Shown: positions 44,258 to 53,710 of the stretch, piece by piece
Layout: each line of letters opens with the position of its first letter
Position numbering within the stretch: the stretch's first letter is position 1
NCBI GenBank assembly: GCA_963668315.1
Contig: OY764216.1
Coordinates: 3,840,001 to 3,904,000 of the forward strand
Direction of reading: 5' to 3'
Source of the DNA: Spirochaetia bacterium
GTDB taxonomy: Bacteria > Spirochaetota > Spirochaetia > DSM-2461
Length of the DNA: 64,000 nt
Notes under the pieces: generated by a model
Databases searched by the model: none
Told to the model about the DNA's origin: nothing
What the model saw: only the letters and a program-made list of their open reading frames with translations
Position numbers and translations under genes: made by a program

Positions 44258-44428
44258 TCCGTACTCCTTATGAAATAATCCTACCGAATAGTAGGAATCA
44301 ACCTTTTATCGATAGTAATACAAATACCAGATATTACTCATAAATATTCACAACCTCCCGGACTGGTCCGGAATAACTCCGTATATTTATTCATATTTTT
44401 TACGGCAATCCATTGCCACGTGGAAAAT

Positions 44429-44458
44429 ACTATAATATAAAAGATACATATTTGTCAA
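44429..44458 (-). promoter_or_regulatory. sigma70-like promoter of gltBD, leaving a leader of about 165 nt
   Basis: TTGACA-18 nt-TATAGT (alternative -10 TATTAT overlaps). Confidence 0.6.
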
Positions 44459-44507
44459 TTGAGGAGAGAAAATAATTCCAGAATGTATGATCATTTAAGG
44501 GGGGGCC

Positions 44508-46022
44508 CTATCGGAGCAGCGTGTCGATGGTATTTCTTACACCGTCGAAATCTATATCTTCCACATAATCGATAAGCAGGTGGATAGCCCGGTTCCAGTC
44601 CTTGCCCCAGTCAAAGGATTCGTACTGGCTGAAATTGGTAAGCAGACCGTTATAGTCTCCCGCTTCGGCCAGGGGGATATTCTCTTTCAACAGTTCCTTC
44701 TGATGACTGTCGATGGTGAAACCGGTAATTTCATCCTGCCCCGAATCACCTTTCTCTTCACTTGCCGGATTAAGGGAACGCAGCTCCTCCACCACAAGCC
44801 TCAGGGTTTCGATAAAGCGGGGCATCATCTCTTCGGCTTCCCCTCTCTCGTCTTTTCGGAGATAACCTTCCAGGATATTCGCTTCATTCTGGAGGGAGAA
44901 CGCCCCCAGGATACCCGCCACGCCTTTTATGCTGTGAATAAGGATCTGGGCTTCCTTCGGATTTTCCCCGTAAAGGGCGGGAAGTTTATCGGGCACGGGA
45001 CCGTAATCGGTAATAAAATCGGAGGTAACGGTGAAGTAGAGATCCCGGTTATTCTCAAGATTCCCTATGGCCTTCTCCACATCCACATAGAAAGAGGAGC
45101 CGATTCTCCTTTCGCCCGTCAGACCGCCTCCCTGCTTTTCAATAAGCGCCTCGGAGGCTGGACTGTGACTTGTGTACCCTTTCATCAGCTTAAGCAGATT
45201 AATCCCGTCCGAGGAGATCTTGCGGATGCTGTCCAGCATCTCCCTGACCACCGGATTATCGCTTTTATTCATGGCTATTTCGGCATAACCGAGAATGCCG
45301 CTGACCAGATTGCCGACCTTATCTCCCAGTTCATCGACCTTCATGCAGCTTATTTCCACTTCGGAAAGACGGTCAAGACGCTCCATGAGATAGTGCTCAC
45401 CCGTTTTGTCATCGATATTAAGGAAGAATTTATTGTCCCCGAGCCCCACCATGTAGAAATCCAGCCAGAGATACTGGCTGTTCAGATCAAAGCGGAAGTG
45501 ACTCATCTCCCTGTTGCGGCCCGGCTCCATATGCGCGATTTTTCCCAGGACCCTGTCATTAATCTCTTTGCTGAAGATCCGCTCCAGCGAGGACGAAGCG
45601 CTTCTCTGGCCGAGCAGAATGGAGAGATCACCGACGAAATGGGATCTTTCGACATTGCCTTCTCTGTCGACAATAAGAAAACTGCTGTTCAGATTATCAA
45701 GAAGGACGCGTTTGAATCTTTCACTCTCCTTCAGAAGAGAGTCATTGTAATTCTCCATATAATGGATTTTAAAGAAAATATTCCGGTAATTTCCGTCCCG
45801 GCTCATACGGCAGAAAAAAGAATCGCCCAGCTTACAGTTTTTGCAGTCACCCTTGCTGATGGGGCAGTACTCCCTTATCTGTTCAACAACCTTTTCGAGA
45901 TAGGGCTTGGCGTACTCATTATAATTAACCACTCGCTTGTCTTTATCCAGGGAGATCAGACCAATTTCAAGATCTCCGGCCAGATCGACAAGCTCATCGG
46001 AGTATAAAATCTCTTCCATCAC
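44508..46022 (-). CDS. Hpt-domain signalling protein with PAS-like domains and a degenerate HisKA-like helix pair
   Basis: Hpt motif LIHSIKGVAGILGA..L...A..LE. PAS-like starts IGLISLDKDKRVVNYN and FLIVDREG. GDKVGNLVSGILGYAEI resembles an H-box without His. Confidence 0.75.
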   Translation of the reverse strand: MMEEILYSDELVDLAGDLEIGLISLDKDKRVVNYNEYAKPYLEKVVEQIREYCPISKGDCKNCKLGDSFFCRMSRDGNYRNIFFKIHYMENYNDSLLKESERFKRVLLDNLNSSFLIVDREGNVERSHFVGDLSILLGQRSASSSLERIFSKEINDRVLGKIAHMEPGRNREMSHFRFDLNSQYLWLDFYMVGLGDNKFFLNIDDKTGEHYLMERLDRLSEVEISCMKVDELGDKVGNLVSGILGYAEIAMNKSDNPVVREMLDSIRKISSDGINLLKLMKGYTSHSPASEALIEKQGGGLTGERRIGSSFYVDVEKAIGNLENNRDLYFTVTSDFITDYGPVPDKLPALYGENPKEAQILIHSIKGVAGILGAFSLQNEANILEGYLRKDERGEAEEMMPRFIETLRLVVEELRSLNPASEEKGDSGQDEITGFTIDSHQKELLKENIPLAEAGDYNGLLTNFSQYESFDWGKDWNRAIHLLIDYVEDIDFDGVRNTIDTLLR

Positions 46023-46061
46023 TTATCATTATAAGCGACGGAAGAGAAATATCAAATTCTT

Positions 46062-49000
46062 TTACGACAATAAAAGGCAAAAATCATATTCACCGGGATA
46101 GACCCGGTACTTATCCAGCGTGTCAGGTCCGCAGCTTGCCGTTCCCACTCCCTTCTGTTTCAGATCGAGAGTGACAAAGGTTTCGCCCGCCCTAACCGGC
46201 TCGTTCGTATGAAAGCATCTCTCCAGTTCTTCCGCACTGTAGTGGCTGACGGAAAACTCAAAGAATCCGCGGAAAGAGAGACTTTCCCGGCCGTCGGAAA
46301 GACTCATCCGGCGTACTTCCGTTTTATTTCCGTTCTCCTGGGGAAGAATATAGGAGACGAACTGATCGTCAACCCTACCGGAATAGAGGCCTACGGGGGC
46401 GGAATTCCGGTCAATATAGTTTTCCCACGGTCCCTTTCCGAACCACTCCACCTGCTCAAAACCGGGCACGGTGGCCATTTTCAAGCCGATTCGCGGAAGA
46501 TCGGGCAGCCCTTCGGCCAGACTGAAATGGCTGTTCAGGGAAATTTCCCCCGCCGGAGTCAGAGAGATGGTCATGGTATGGACCAGGGGCAGTTTTTCGT
46601 CTTGTCCCGTGTAGGTTCTCTTGATTTCCAGAGCCTTGTCCCCTTCCCGTCCGGCAAGAGTACTTTCAACCAGCTTCAAACTGTCCAGCCCCGCTTTGCG
46701 CCAGAGTCCGGCCGGCTTGCCCTCCTGGCCCGACCAGCCGCGGATCTCGTCGTTATCGGTGGGAGCCCGCCAGATATTCATTTCGGGGAAGGAGGAGAAG
46801 ACCTCCCTTCCCTCTTTCTTCAGACTGACAAGTCCGCCCTTTCCGCAATCGCCCTCGACTTCCCAGGCGCCGCCTTTGAGAATCAGCCTGTCCCCGCTGG
46901 CCGTCAGAGTGGATTCACAGCTCATGACGGATGGAGCACTCTCGCAGTTAAGTCCCCTCATGGCGAACTGCTCCCAGGCGACTTCATGTCCTGCGGATGC
47001 CCAGGAAGCGTCCTCCTTCAGGGTAAAGCTGAAGGTGATGAAGGCTTCATCCCCTTCCTTGAGGGAGGGAAGATCGTAGGATAGGTTCAGGGGAGCTGTG
47101 TGCAGAGGGGCGATCTGGGGAAGATCCGCTTTTCCTTCGCAAAAAAGCACGCCCCCCACTTCGATCTTCCAATGCAGGTCAAAAGCATCCAGAGAGGAGA
47201 AATACTGCCGGTTCGTCAGGGTAAACCGCCCCTCCGTTGTGGACAGCGCCTCCATGGCAACGGGCTGAGTGAGCTTTTTGAATTCATACATGGAGGGATG
47301 GGGCGTTCTGTCCGGCCAGATCATGCCATTAATACAGAAATCGAAATCATGGATTTTTTCACCGAAATCTCCGCCGTAAGCCCAGTAGGAAACGCCCTTG
47401 TCATCGGTTTTCTTCAATCCCTGGTCGACCCAGTCCCAGATAAATCCGCCCTGCAGCCCCTTGTAGCGGTAGAAAGCCTCCCAGTACTCCTTGAGGGTAC
47501 CGTTGCTGTTTCCCATGGCATGGGAGTATTCGCACAGGATGACGGGGCGGGGATCTTCCGCCTTAACCGCGTGGTCAATGATGCTCTGGATGGAAGGATA
47601 CATGGGGTTGATCAGATCATTATCCCTGTTGCAGCCGCCGGTATATTCATTGGGTACGCCGCCCTGAGCCCAGAACCGTTTGACTTCACCCTCATGGTGG
47701 ATAATCCTGGAGGGATCGTAGGCCCGGACATGATCGCAGACGGAGGAATGGTTCTCCCCGTTCCCCGTTTCATTGCCCAGGGACCAGGAGAAAATGGACG
47801 GATGATTCTTGTCCCGTTTGACCATATTCATGACCCGTTCCTCAAAGGCGGACTTCCACCGGGGATCCCGGCATAGAAGGGCATAGTTGTCGTGGGCTTC
47901 GATATTGGCCTCGTCTATAAGATAGATGCCGTATTCGTCGCACAGTTCGTACCACTCCATATCGTCGGGGTAATGGCAGGTTCTGACGGCGTTGAAGTTG
48001 AACTGCTTCAGGAGTCTGATATCGGCCAGCATTGTCTCCCGGGAGACGGTTTTGCCGGTGGACTCATCGTGTTCGTGCCGGTTTACCCCTTTGATAAGGA
48101 CGGGCTGGCCGTTAATGAGAAGTTCCCTGTCGTGAATCCGGATATTGCGGAATCCGGTACGGAAGGAGCGGGCATCGCACACCCTGCCCTCTTTGTCGGT
48201 CAGTTCGAAAACAAGGGTATAAAGGCGGGGATTCTCCGCCGACCAGGTCTTAATGCCCGCCAGCCTGTCCTCCCAGACCTTATGATAGCGGTTGTGGCGG
48301 TATTCCGCTTCTACCGTTCCGCTCCGGGTAAAGATCAGTTCCTCCCCGTCATAGAGCGATGCGGTAAGCTGATAATCCTCCATGGGACCGGTAAAGCTTT
48401 TCCTGTTATTATAAAGGTTTTTCCCTGCATCGACGGTAAAATTCACCTTGACGTCCAGGCGAAGGAGCCCCTCCCTGCTTACCAGATCGTAATCGGACAG
48501 AGCGAAGATATCCTCAAGAAAGGCGTGATCGGTGGAATAGAGATAGACAGAACGGTATATACCGGCCATCCACCAGTGATCCTGATCTTCCACATAGCTT
48601 CCGTCGGACCAGCGGATAACCTTAACGGTCAGCTCGTTCTCCCCTTCCTTCACCAGGGTGGAAATATCAAACTCAGAAGGAAGGCGGCAGTCCTTTCCCA
48701 TTCCGGCGAAAGTGCCGTTCACATACAGTTCGAAGTAGCTCTCCACGCCGCCGAAATGAATGACCGTTCGCCGGGACGCCCATTCGGAAGAGAGGGTAAA
48801 GGTCCGGTGGTAGACGCCGGTGGGATTCTCTTCGGGCACCAGGGGGTAGTTGTTCTCCCAGGGCATCTGAACATTGGTATATATGGGCTTGTCCCAGAAT
48901 CCCTCGGTGGTCCAGTTGGCCGGCACCTTGATAGAGTCCCACTTCTCAACGCCTTCCACGGGGGCGTCCTCGGGGGTTTTGTGGAGATTGAAATCCCACG

Positions 49001-49160
49001 TACCGTCCAGGGACGCAAAATAGGGGGATGTCTCCTTTTTACGGGAAAGGGCCTGTTCCCTGTCCCCGTAGGGAATTAGACAGGAATGGGCGGGCAGCCT
49101 GTTTATATGGGTCAATTCGGGCATTTCCCAGAATTTCTTCGAAATATTCAAGGGTTTCAT
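46062..49160 (-). CDS. lacZ: Beta-galactosidase, glycoside hydrolase family 2
   Basis: PIYTNV, EDQDHWWMAGIYRSV, KGVNRHE, NAVRTCHYP, WSLGNE, LCEYSHAMGNS, GGFIWDWVDQG, YILPQENGN. Confidence 0.93.
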   Translation of the reverse strand: MKPLNISKKFWEMPELTHINRLPAHSCLIPYGDREQALSRKKETSPYFASLDGTWDFNLHKTPEDAPVEGVEKWDSIKVPANWTTEGFWDKPIYTNVQMPWENNYPLVPEENPTGVYHRTFTLSSEWASRRTVIHFGGVESYFELYVNGTFAGMGKDCRLPSEFDISTLVKEGENELTVKVIRWSDGSYVEDQDHWWMAGIYRSVYLYSTDHAFLEDIFALSDYDLVSREGLLRLDVKVNFTVDAGKNLYNNRKSFTGPMEDYQLTASLYDGEELIFTRSGTVEAEYRHNRYHKVWEDRLAGIKTWSAENPRLYTLVFELTDKEGRVCDARSFRTGFRNIRIHDRELLINGQPVLIKGVNRHEHDESTGKTVSRETMLADIRLLKQFNFNAVRTCHYPDDMEWYELCDEYGIYLIDEANIEAHDNYALLCRDPRWKSAFEERVMNMVKRDKNHPSIFSWSLGNETGNGENHSSVCDHVRAYDPSRIIHHEGEVKRFWAQGGVPNEYTGGCNRDNDLINPMYPSIQSIIDHAVKAEDPRPVILCEYSHAMGNSNGTLKEYWEAFYRYKGLQGGFIWDWVDQGLKKTDDKGVSYWAYGGDFGEKIHDFDFCINGMIWPDRTPHPSMYEFKKLTQPVAMEALSTTEGRFTLTNRQYFSSLDAFDLHWKIEVGGVLFCEGKADLPQIAPLHTAPLNLSYDLPSLKEGDEAFITFSFTLKEDASWASAGHEVAWEQFAMRGLNCESAPSVMSCESTLTASGDRLILKGGAWEVEGDCGKGGLVSLKKEGREVFSSFPEMNIWRAPTDNDEIRGWSGQEGKPAGLWRKAGLDSLKLVESTLAGREGDKALEIKRTYTGQDEKLPLVHTMTISLTPAGEISLNSHFSLAEGLPDLPRIGLKMATVPGFEQVEWFGKGPWENYIDRNSAPVGLYSGRVDDQFVSYILPQENGNKTEVRRMSLSDGRESLSFRGFFEFSVSHYSAEELERCFHTNEPVRAGETFVTLDLKQKGVGTASCGPDTLDKYRVYPGEYDFCLLLS

Positions 49161-49229
49161 GAAAGTCTCCTCTTCTTAAGGATAGTTTATCTTGTCAGTA
49201 TAAGCCGGGATCGGTAATATGGCCATGGT

Positions 49230-50093
49230 ATGGATGGAAAAAAAGATATGTTATCTGGTATCGATCTGATAGAACAGAAAATCGTAAAAAGAACGATGGG
49301 AGGCTACCCCTCCCGGGAATACCTGGGAGCGGGAATCATGCACAAGAAGGGCCTTTCGGAGGACAGCTTTGACCGCTCCTACGCCCGGTATGCCATGGTT
49401 TACGTCGTCCGGGGGCGGGGTGTGTATACCGACAAAAAGGGAAATGCCTACGATATGGGACCGGGAACCGTCTTTCAGCGCTTCCCCGGGGTAGAGCACA
49501 GCACCCGCCTTGATCCGGACAGCCGCTGGGCCGAGTATTATATCGATATCGGGGCGACCTTAAGCAAAGGGCTCATGGCGACAAGGTTTATCCAGGAAGA
49601 AAGCCCCGTGCTGACTCTGAATCGGGAAGGCCCGGCGGAAAAACTGTTCAGCCGCTACTTTACGGCCCTGCAGCAGTGTCCCGAAGAAGATCTGAACAGC
49701 ATGATCCCCGAGGTTCTCTCCCTCATGAACAAGGTATATACCCTGGCCTCCCGCAGCCGGAACAGCCAAAGCGAGAGGGCCATGGTGGATTACGCACGGA
49801 ATCACTTCTATAATAACTGCGAGAAACGGATCAGCCTGGAGGATTTCTGCCGGGAAAATGACTGGGGATACGAACGGTTCCGAAAGATATTCAAGAAACA
49901 CACGACCCTGTCACCGGGACAGTTCATCATCCAGAGACGGATAGACAGGGCCTGTGAATGGCTTCTGGCCACGGATATGACCATCAAGGAGATAGGAGAC
50001 CGGCTCGGATACCCCTCGCCCTATGAATTCTCCCATCAGTTTAAAAAAACGACCGGCCGGTCTCCCCGGGAGTACCGGCGCAATCAGGTCTAA
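49230..50093 (+). CDS. AraC-family transcriptional regulator, divergent from lacZ
   Basis: Cupin-like N-domain (YVVRGRG, FPGVEHS); C-terminal FRKIFKKHT.LSP...RIDRACEWL...IKEIG.RLGY.SPYEFS.QFKK.TG.SP.EYR. Confidence 0.9.
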   Translation: MDGKKDMLSGIDLIEQKIVKRTMGGYPSREYLGAGIMHKKGLSEDSFDRSYARYAMVYVVRGRGVYTDKKGNAYDMGPGTVFQRFPGVEHSTRLDPDSRWAEYYIDIGATLSKGLMATRFIQEESPVLTLNREGPAEKLFSRYFTALQQCPEEDLNSMIPEVLSLMNKVYTLASRSRNSQSERAMVDYARNHFYNNCEKRISLEDFCRENDWGYERFRKIFKKHTTLSPGQFIIQRRIDRACEWLLATDMTIKEIGDRLGYPSPYEFSHQFKKTTGRSPREYRRNQV

Positions 50094-51703
50094 TGCTTTC
50101 TGTCGGACGCTTCGGCCACGGCTTTGACGAAACCGTCGAACAGAGGGCCTGCGGCCAGCGGCTGGGAGGTGAATTCCGGGTGGAACTGAACTCCGACGCC
50201 CCAGGGATGGTCTTTCCATTCGGCCGACTCCACAAGCTGACCGTCGGGGGAAAATCCGGAAAGGACCAGTCCCGCTTCAACCATCTGCTCTTTGTAGCTG
50301 TTGGCCACCTCGTACCGGTGTCTGTGCCTTTCCCGTATGACGTCCTTTCCATAGGCTTCATGGATCTTCGTGCCCTTAACAAGGCGGGAGTCATAACCGC
50401 CGAGCCGCATGGTTCCGCCGTATTCAATAACGTCGACCTGCTCTTCAAGAAGGGTGATGACAGAATTCTTGCCTTCGGGACGGAATTCCGTACTGTCCGC
50501 ATCGGCGATTCCCAGCACGTTGCGGCAGAACTCGATAACCATGATCTGGACTCCGAGGCAGATACCGAAATAGGGAATTTTGTTTTCACGGGCGTACCGG
50601 GCGGCCATGGTCATACCGATGATGCCCCTCTCGCCGAATCCTCCCGGAACCAGAATCCCGTCCAGATCCTTCAAAAGGTCCTGCCAGTCGTCCCTGTTTT
50701 CCAGCTCGTCCGACTCGATTTTGATAAGTTCCACATCCACATTGTTCTTAATGGAACCGTGGACGATTCCCTCATCGATGGATTTATAGGTATCGCCGAG
50801 GAGGGTATATTTTCCCACCATGCCGATTTTAACCTTCTTGCCGTCCTTCTTGTAACGGTCAGCCAGTTTCTGCCAGGGGGCGATATCGGCTTTTTTCGTC
50901 TTCAGTTCCAGTTTTTCACAGACCACATGATCGAAACCCTGCTTGTGATAGCTGGAGGGGATTTCATAGATTGTCGTATTGATATCATGAGCAGACAGGA
51001 CGCAATCGTAATCGATATTGGTGAACTGGGCGATCTTCTTCCTCAGACCGTCATCAAGGGGCTCCTTGCAGCGGCACAGAAGAACATCGGGCTGAATGCC
51101 GATCTCTCTCATCGCCTTAACGGAGTGCTGGGTGGGTTTGGTTTTCACTTCCCCGCCGGTCACCTCCGGTACAAGGGTCAGGTGAACGGAACAGGCGTTT
51201 TTCCTTCCCCGCTCATGAATAATCTGGCGGATAGCTTCCAGATAGGGAATGGATTCGATATCGCCCACGGTACCGCCCGTCTCCACAATGGTCACGTCGA
51301 TGTCGGGTTTTTCACCCAGGGCATATATTCTTCTCTTGATCTCATCGGTGATATGGGGAACGACCTGGACACATTTGCCCAGATACTGGCCCGCTCTTTC
51401 CCGGCGGATGACTTCCTGATAAATCTGTCCCGTAGTTATGGAATTAGCCGCGCTTAAGGGTGAATTGGTGAATCTTTCGTAGTTTCCCAGATCGAGATCG
51501 GTTTCCGCACCGTCATCGGTAACGAATACTTCCCCGTGCTGGTAGGGGCTCATGGTCCCCGCATCGACATTCAGATAAGGGTCGATTTTTATCATGCAGA
51601 CCTTAAGGCCGCGACACTCAAGAAGAGCTCCCATGGATGCGGAAGCTATACCTTTGCCCAGGCTTGAACACACGCCGCCCGTCGTAAATATATACTTGCT
51701 CAT
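50090..51703 (-). CDS. pyrG: CTP synthase
   Basis: KYIFTTGGVCSSLGKG, KIDPYLNVDAGTMSPYQHGEV, KTKPTQHSV, VPGGFG.RG, GICLG, RHRHRYE, QFHPEF. Confidence 0.98.
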   Translation of the reverse strand: MSKYIFTTGGVCSSLGKGIASASMGALLECRGLKVCMIKIDPYLNVDAGTMSPYQHGEVFVTDDGAETDLDLGNYERFTNSPLSAANSITTGQIYQEVIRRERAGQYLGKCVQVVPHITDEIKRRIYALGEKPDIDVTIVETGGTVGDIESIPYLEAIRQIIHERGRKNACSVHLTLVPEVTGGEVKTKPTQHSVKAMREIGIQPDVLLCRCKEPLDDGLRKKIAQFTNIDYDCVLSAHDINTTIYEIPSSYHKQGFDHVVCEKLELKTKKADIAPWQKLADRYKKDGKKVKIGMVGKYTLLGDTYKSIDEGIVHGSIKNNVDVELIKIESDELENRDDWQDLLKDLDGILVPGGFGERGIIGMTMAARYARENKIPYFGICLGVQIMVIEFCRNVLGIADADSTEFRPEGKNSVITLLEEQVDVIEYGGTMRLGGYDSRLVKGTKIHEAYGKDVIRERHRHRYEVANSYKEQMVEAGLVLSGFSPDGQLVESAEWKDHPWGVGVQFHPEFTSQPLAAGPLFDGFVKAVAEASDRKH

Positions 51704-51740
51704 GGGTCTTCATTATCCGGCTATTAGAAGTTTCTGTCAA
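51704..51740 (-). promoter_or_regulatory. pyrG promoter with CCC start region directly before ATG
   Basis: TTGACA-17 nt-GATAAT-GAAGACCC-ATG, no SD. Confidence 0.7.
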
Positions 51741-51827
51741 TGGATCGGGACAAAGAATAGGTAAGAAAACTAAAGTTGTACACAGGCATCACCCGTTTCC
51801 ATCGGTCCTCTCCTCAACCCTTAGGAA

Positions 51828-52256
51828 TCAGTTATCCCGGGAGAGAATTTCCTCCAGGTAATCCACGGCAAAAGCGACGGCCTTCGCTGTAATGTCCTCG
51901 CACAGATGCTCCGGGTCGGAATCGGAGAATCCCCCGGGGCGCAGTCTGCTGCACAGGAGACTGCCGAACTCGCTTTGAAACCGGTCGGCATAGTGATAAC
52001 AGGCCTTACGGACAGCGTCATCGTCCCATCCCCTATGGCGGCCGTAGATTCCCAGAAACAGCAGCGGCCCCTCCACCAGACCGCACTGTGCGCCGAAGCA
52101 GGCCGCCCCGTGCATGCCCAGAGCGGAATCGACTACCTGCTTATCCAGAGATAGGGAAAAGGCCCGGGATAAAACCATCAGGGCTGCGGTGGCGCAGTTC
52201 AGATCTTCCTTCCAGTAGCTGTCATGGACCGCCCGGGCGATCTCTTTATCGGTCAT
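51828..52256 (-). CDS. C_GCAxxG_C_C family putative redox-active protein
   Basis: NCA, G...G..CGLVEG, FGSLLC..L, terminal C. Confidence 0.8.
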   Translation of the reverse strand: MTDKEIARAVHDSYWKEDLNCATAALMVLSRAFSLSLDKQVVDSALGMHGAACFGAQCGLVEGPLLFLGIYGRHRGWDDDAVRKACYHYADRFQSEFGSLLCSRLRPGGFSDSDPEHLCEDITAKAVAFAVDYLEEILSRDN

Positions 52257-52393
52257 AATTATTTACCTTTTCCCGGATCAGTACAAATCCAGGCACGTAT
52301 GGGAAAGCCGAAATCAGCTGAGGACTCCAACAATCCCATCGTTATAATCCGAGTAGATCCGTGGTTCAAAAACGTTTTAGTCTTGGCCTTCTC

Positions 52394-53692
52394 TTAACCT
52401 TTCAGTATCCTGACCGCTTCTTCCAGGCTTATCCCTTCGAAGTTTTCCCGGTTTGCCAGATTCTTCAGGTTAACCTTACCCGCTTCTTTCTCTTCGCTTC
52501 CGCAGATCAGCCCGAAAGTGATCTCCTTCTGCTCGGCGAACTTGAACTGTACCCCCAGTTTCTTGTTCATGGGGTAAACCTCACAGCTCACTCCGGCCTT
52601 GCGGATATCCTCGGCCAATTTGTGATAGTGTCCCATCAGGCTCTCATCCATCTGGAAAATCAGCACTTCCGTATGGCTTTTCTTCCGGGATGACTGTCCC
52701 AGTTCGTCAAGAGCGGCCAGCAGTCTGTCCAGTCCGACCGAAGCGCCGACTCCGGGCAGTTCCTCTTTGGTATAGAGTCCCGCCAGGTTGTTGTATCGCC
52801 CGCCGGAACAGACCGAACCGATAGAGGGGAGATCGTCCAGGAAGGTTTCGTATACCAGACCGGTATAGTAGTCCAGCCCCCGTGTGATGGAGGGATTGAG
52901 CATAAAGTTTTTTTCCAGCCCCATATCCTTGATGGCCTTCCAGATTTTCTCAAGCCGCTCCGTATCTTCCCCCTTCCCGCCGGCCAGTTCGGCCATATTG
53001 GCCAGGGTCGTCTCAAAGGAGTCCTTCATTTCAATAAAGGAGACAATTTTCTCGGCTTTCTCTTCATCGGCCAGCTCCGTAAGGAGGCGAATAACCTCAT
53101 CCCGGCCGATTTTGGCGAGCTTGTCCACGGTGCGCAGGATCTCCACGGATAGCTCCATTATCCCCAGGTTTTCCAGGAACCGGTTGAAAATGCCCCGGTG
53201 GGAGAACTGAACGGTACACTTCTCGACCCCCAGATTGGCCATGGAGGCACGCATCATCAGGAGGATCTCAAAATCGCTCGAGGGAGAATCGACGCCGACG
53301 ATATCAAAATCGCACTGAATAAATTCCCGGTATCGTCCCTTCTGGGTGTTCTCCCCTCTCCAGACTTTGTTTATATGGTATCTCTTAAAGGGAAGATAGA
53401 GTTCATGACGATGGGCCGCCATATAACGGGCAAAAGGCACGGTCAGGTCAAAACGCATGGCCACATCACGACTCCCGTGATCCATGAAATGGTAGACCTG
53501 CTTATCCGTTTCGCCGCCTCCTTTGCCCAGGAGGACATCGGTATACTCGAGTACGGGGGTATCGATGGGAACGAAACCGAAGCTTTTGTAGGTTTCCTCC
53601 AGTTTGGTCATCAGCTCCCGCCGCTCGATCTCCTGTTCCGGAAGGAAGTCCCGGAACCCCTTTAAGACTTTTGGTTCAATCAACTTTGCCAT
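52394..53692 (-). CDS. hisS: Histidine--tRNA ligase
   Basis: KGFRDFLP, RFDLTVPFAR, WRGE..QKGRYREF.QCDFD, RGLDYYTG, SGGRY..L, GVGASVGLDRL. Upstream TG-A-TATATT-6 nt-ATG. Confidence 0.97.
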   Translation of the reverse strand: MAKLIEPKVLKGFRDFLPEQEIERRELMTKLEETYKSFGFVPIDTPVLEYTDVLLGKGGGETDKQVYHFMDHGSRDVAMRFDLTVPFARYMAAHRHELYLPFKRYHINKVWRGENTQKGRYREFIQCDFDIVGVDSPSSDFEILLMMRASMANLGVEKCTVQFSHRGIFNRFLENLGIMELSVEILRTVDKLAKIGRDEVIRLLTELADEEKAEKIVSFIEMKDSFETTLANMAELAGGKGEDTERLEKIWKAIKDMGLEKNFMLNPSITRGLDYYTGLVYETFLDDLPSIGSVCSGGRYNNLAGLYTKEELPGVGASVGLDRLLAALDELGQSSRKKSHTEVLIFQMDESLMGHYHKLAEDIRKAGVSCEVYPMNKKLGVQFKFAEQKEITFGLICGSEEKEAGKVNLKNLANRENFEGISLEEAVRILKG

Positions 53693-53710
53693 GGGGCTAA
53701 TATATCAAAT

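Noticed and set aside
52257..52360. Fluoride-riboswitch-like look of the leader before the C_GCAxxG_C_C gene (GATGGGATT...TTCCCATAC)
   Set aside because: It lacks the GC-rich P1 and the conserved TAATGAC/CTGATGAC element. Only generic hairpins are present.
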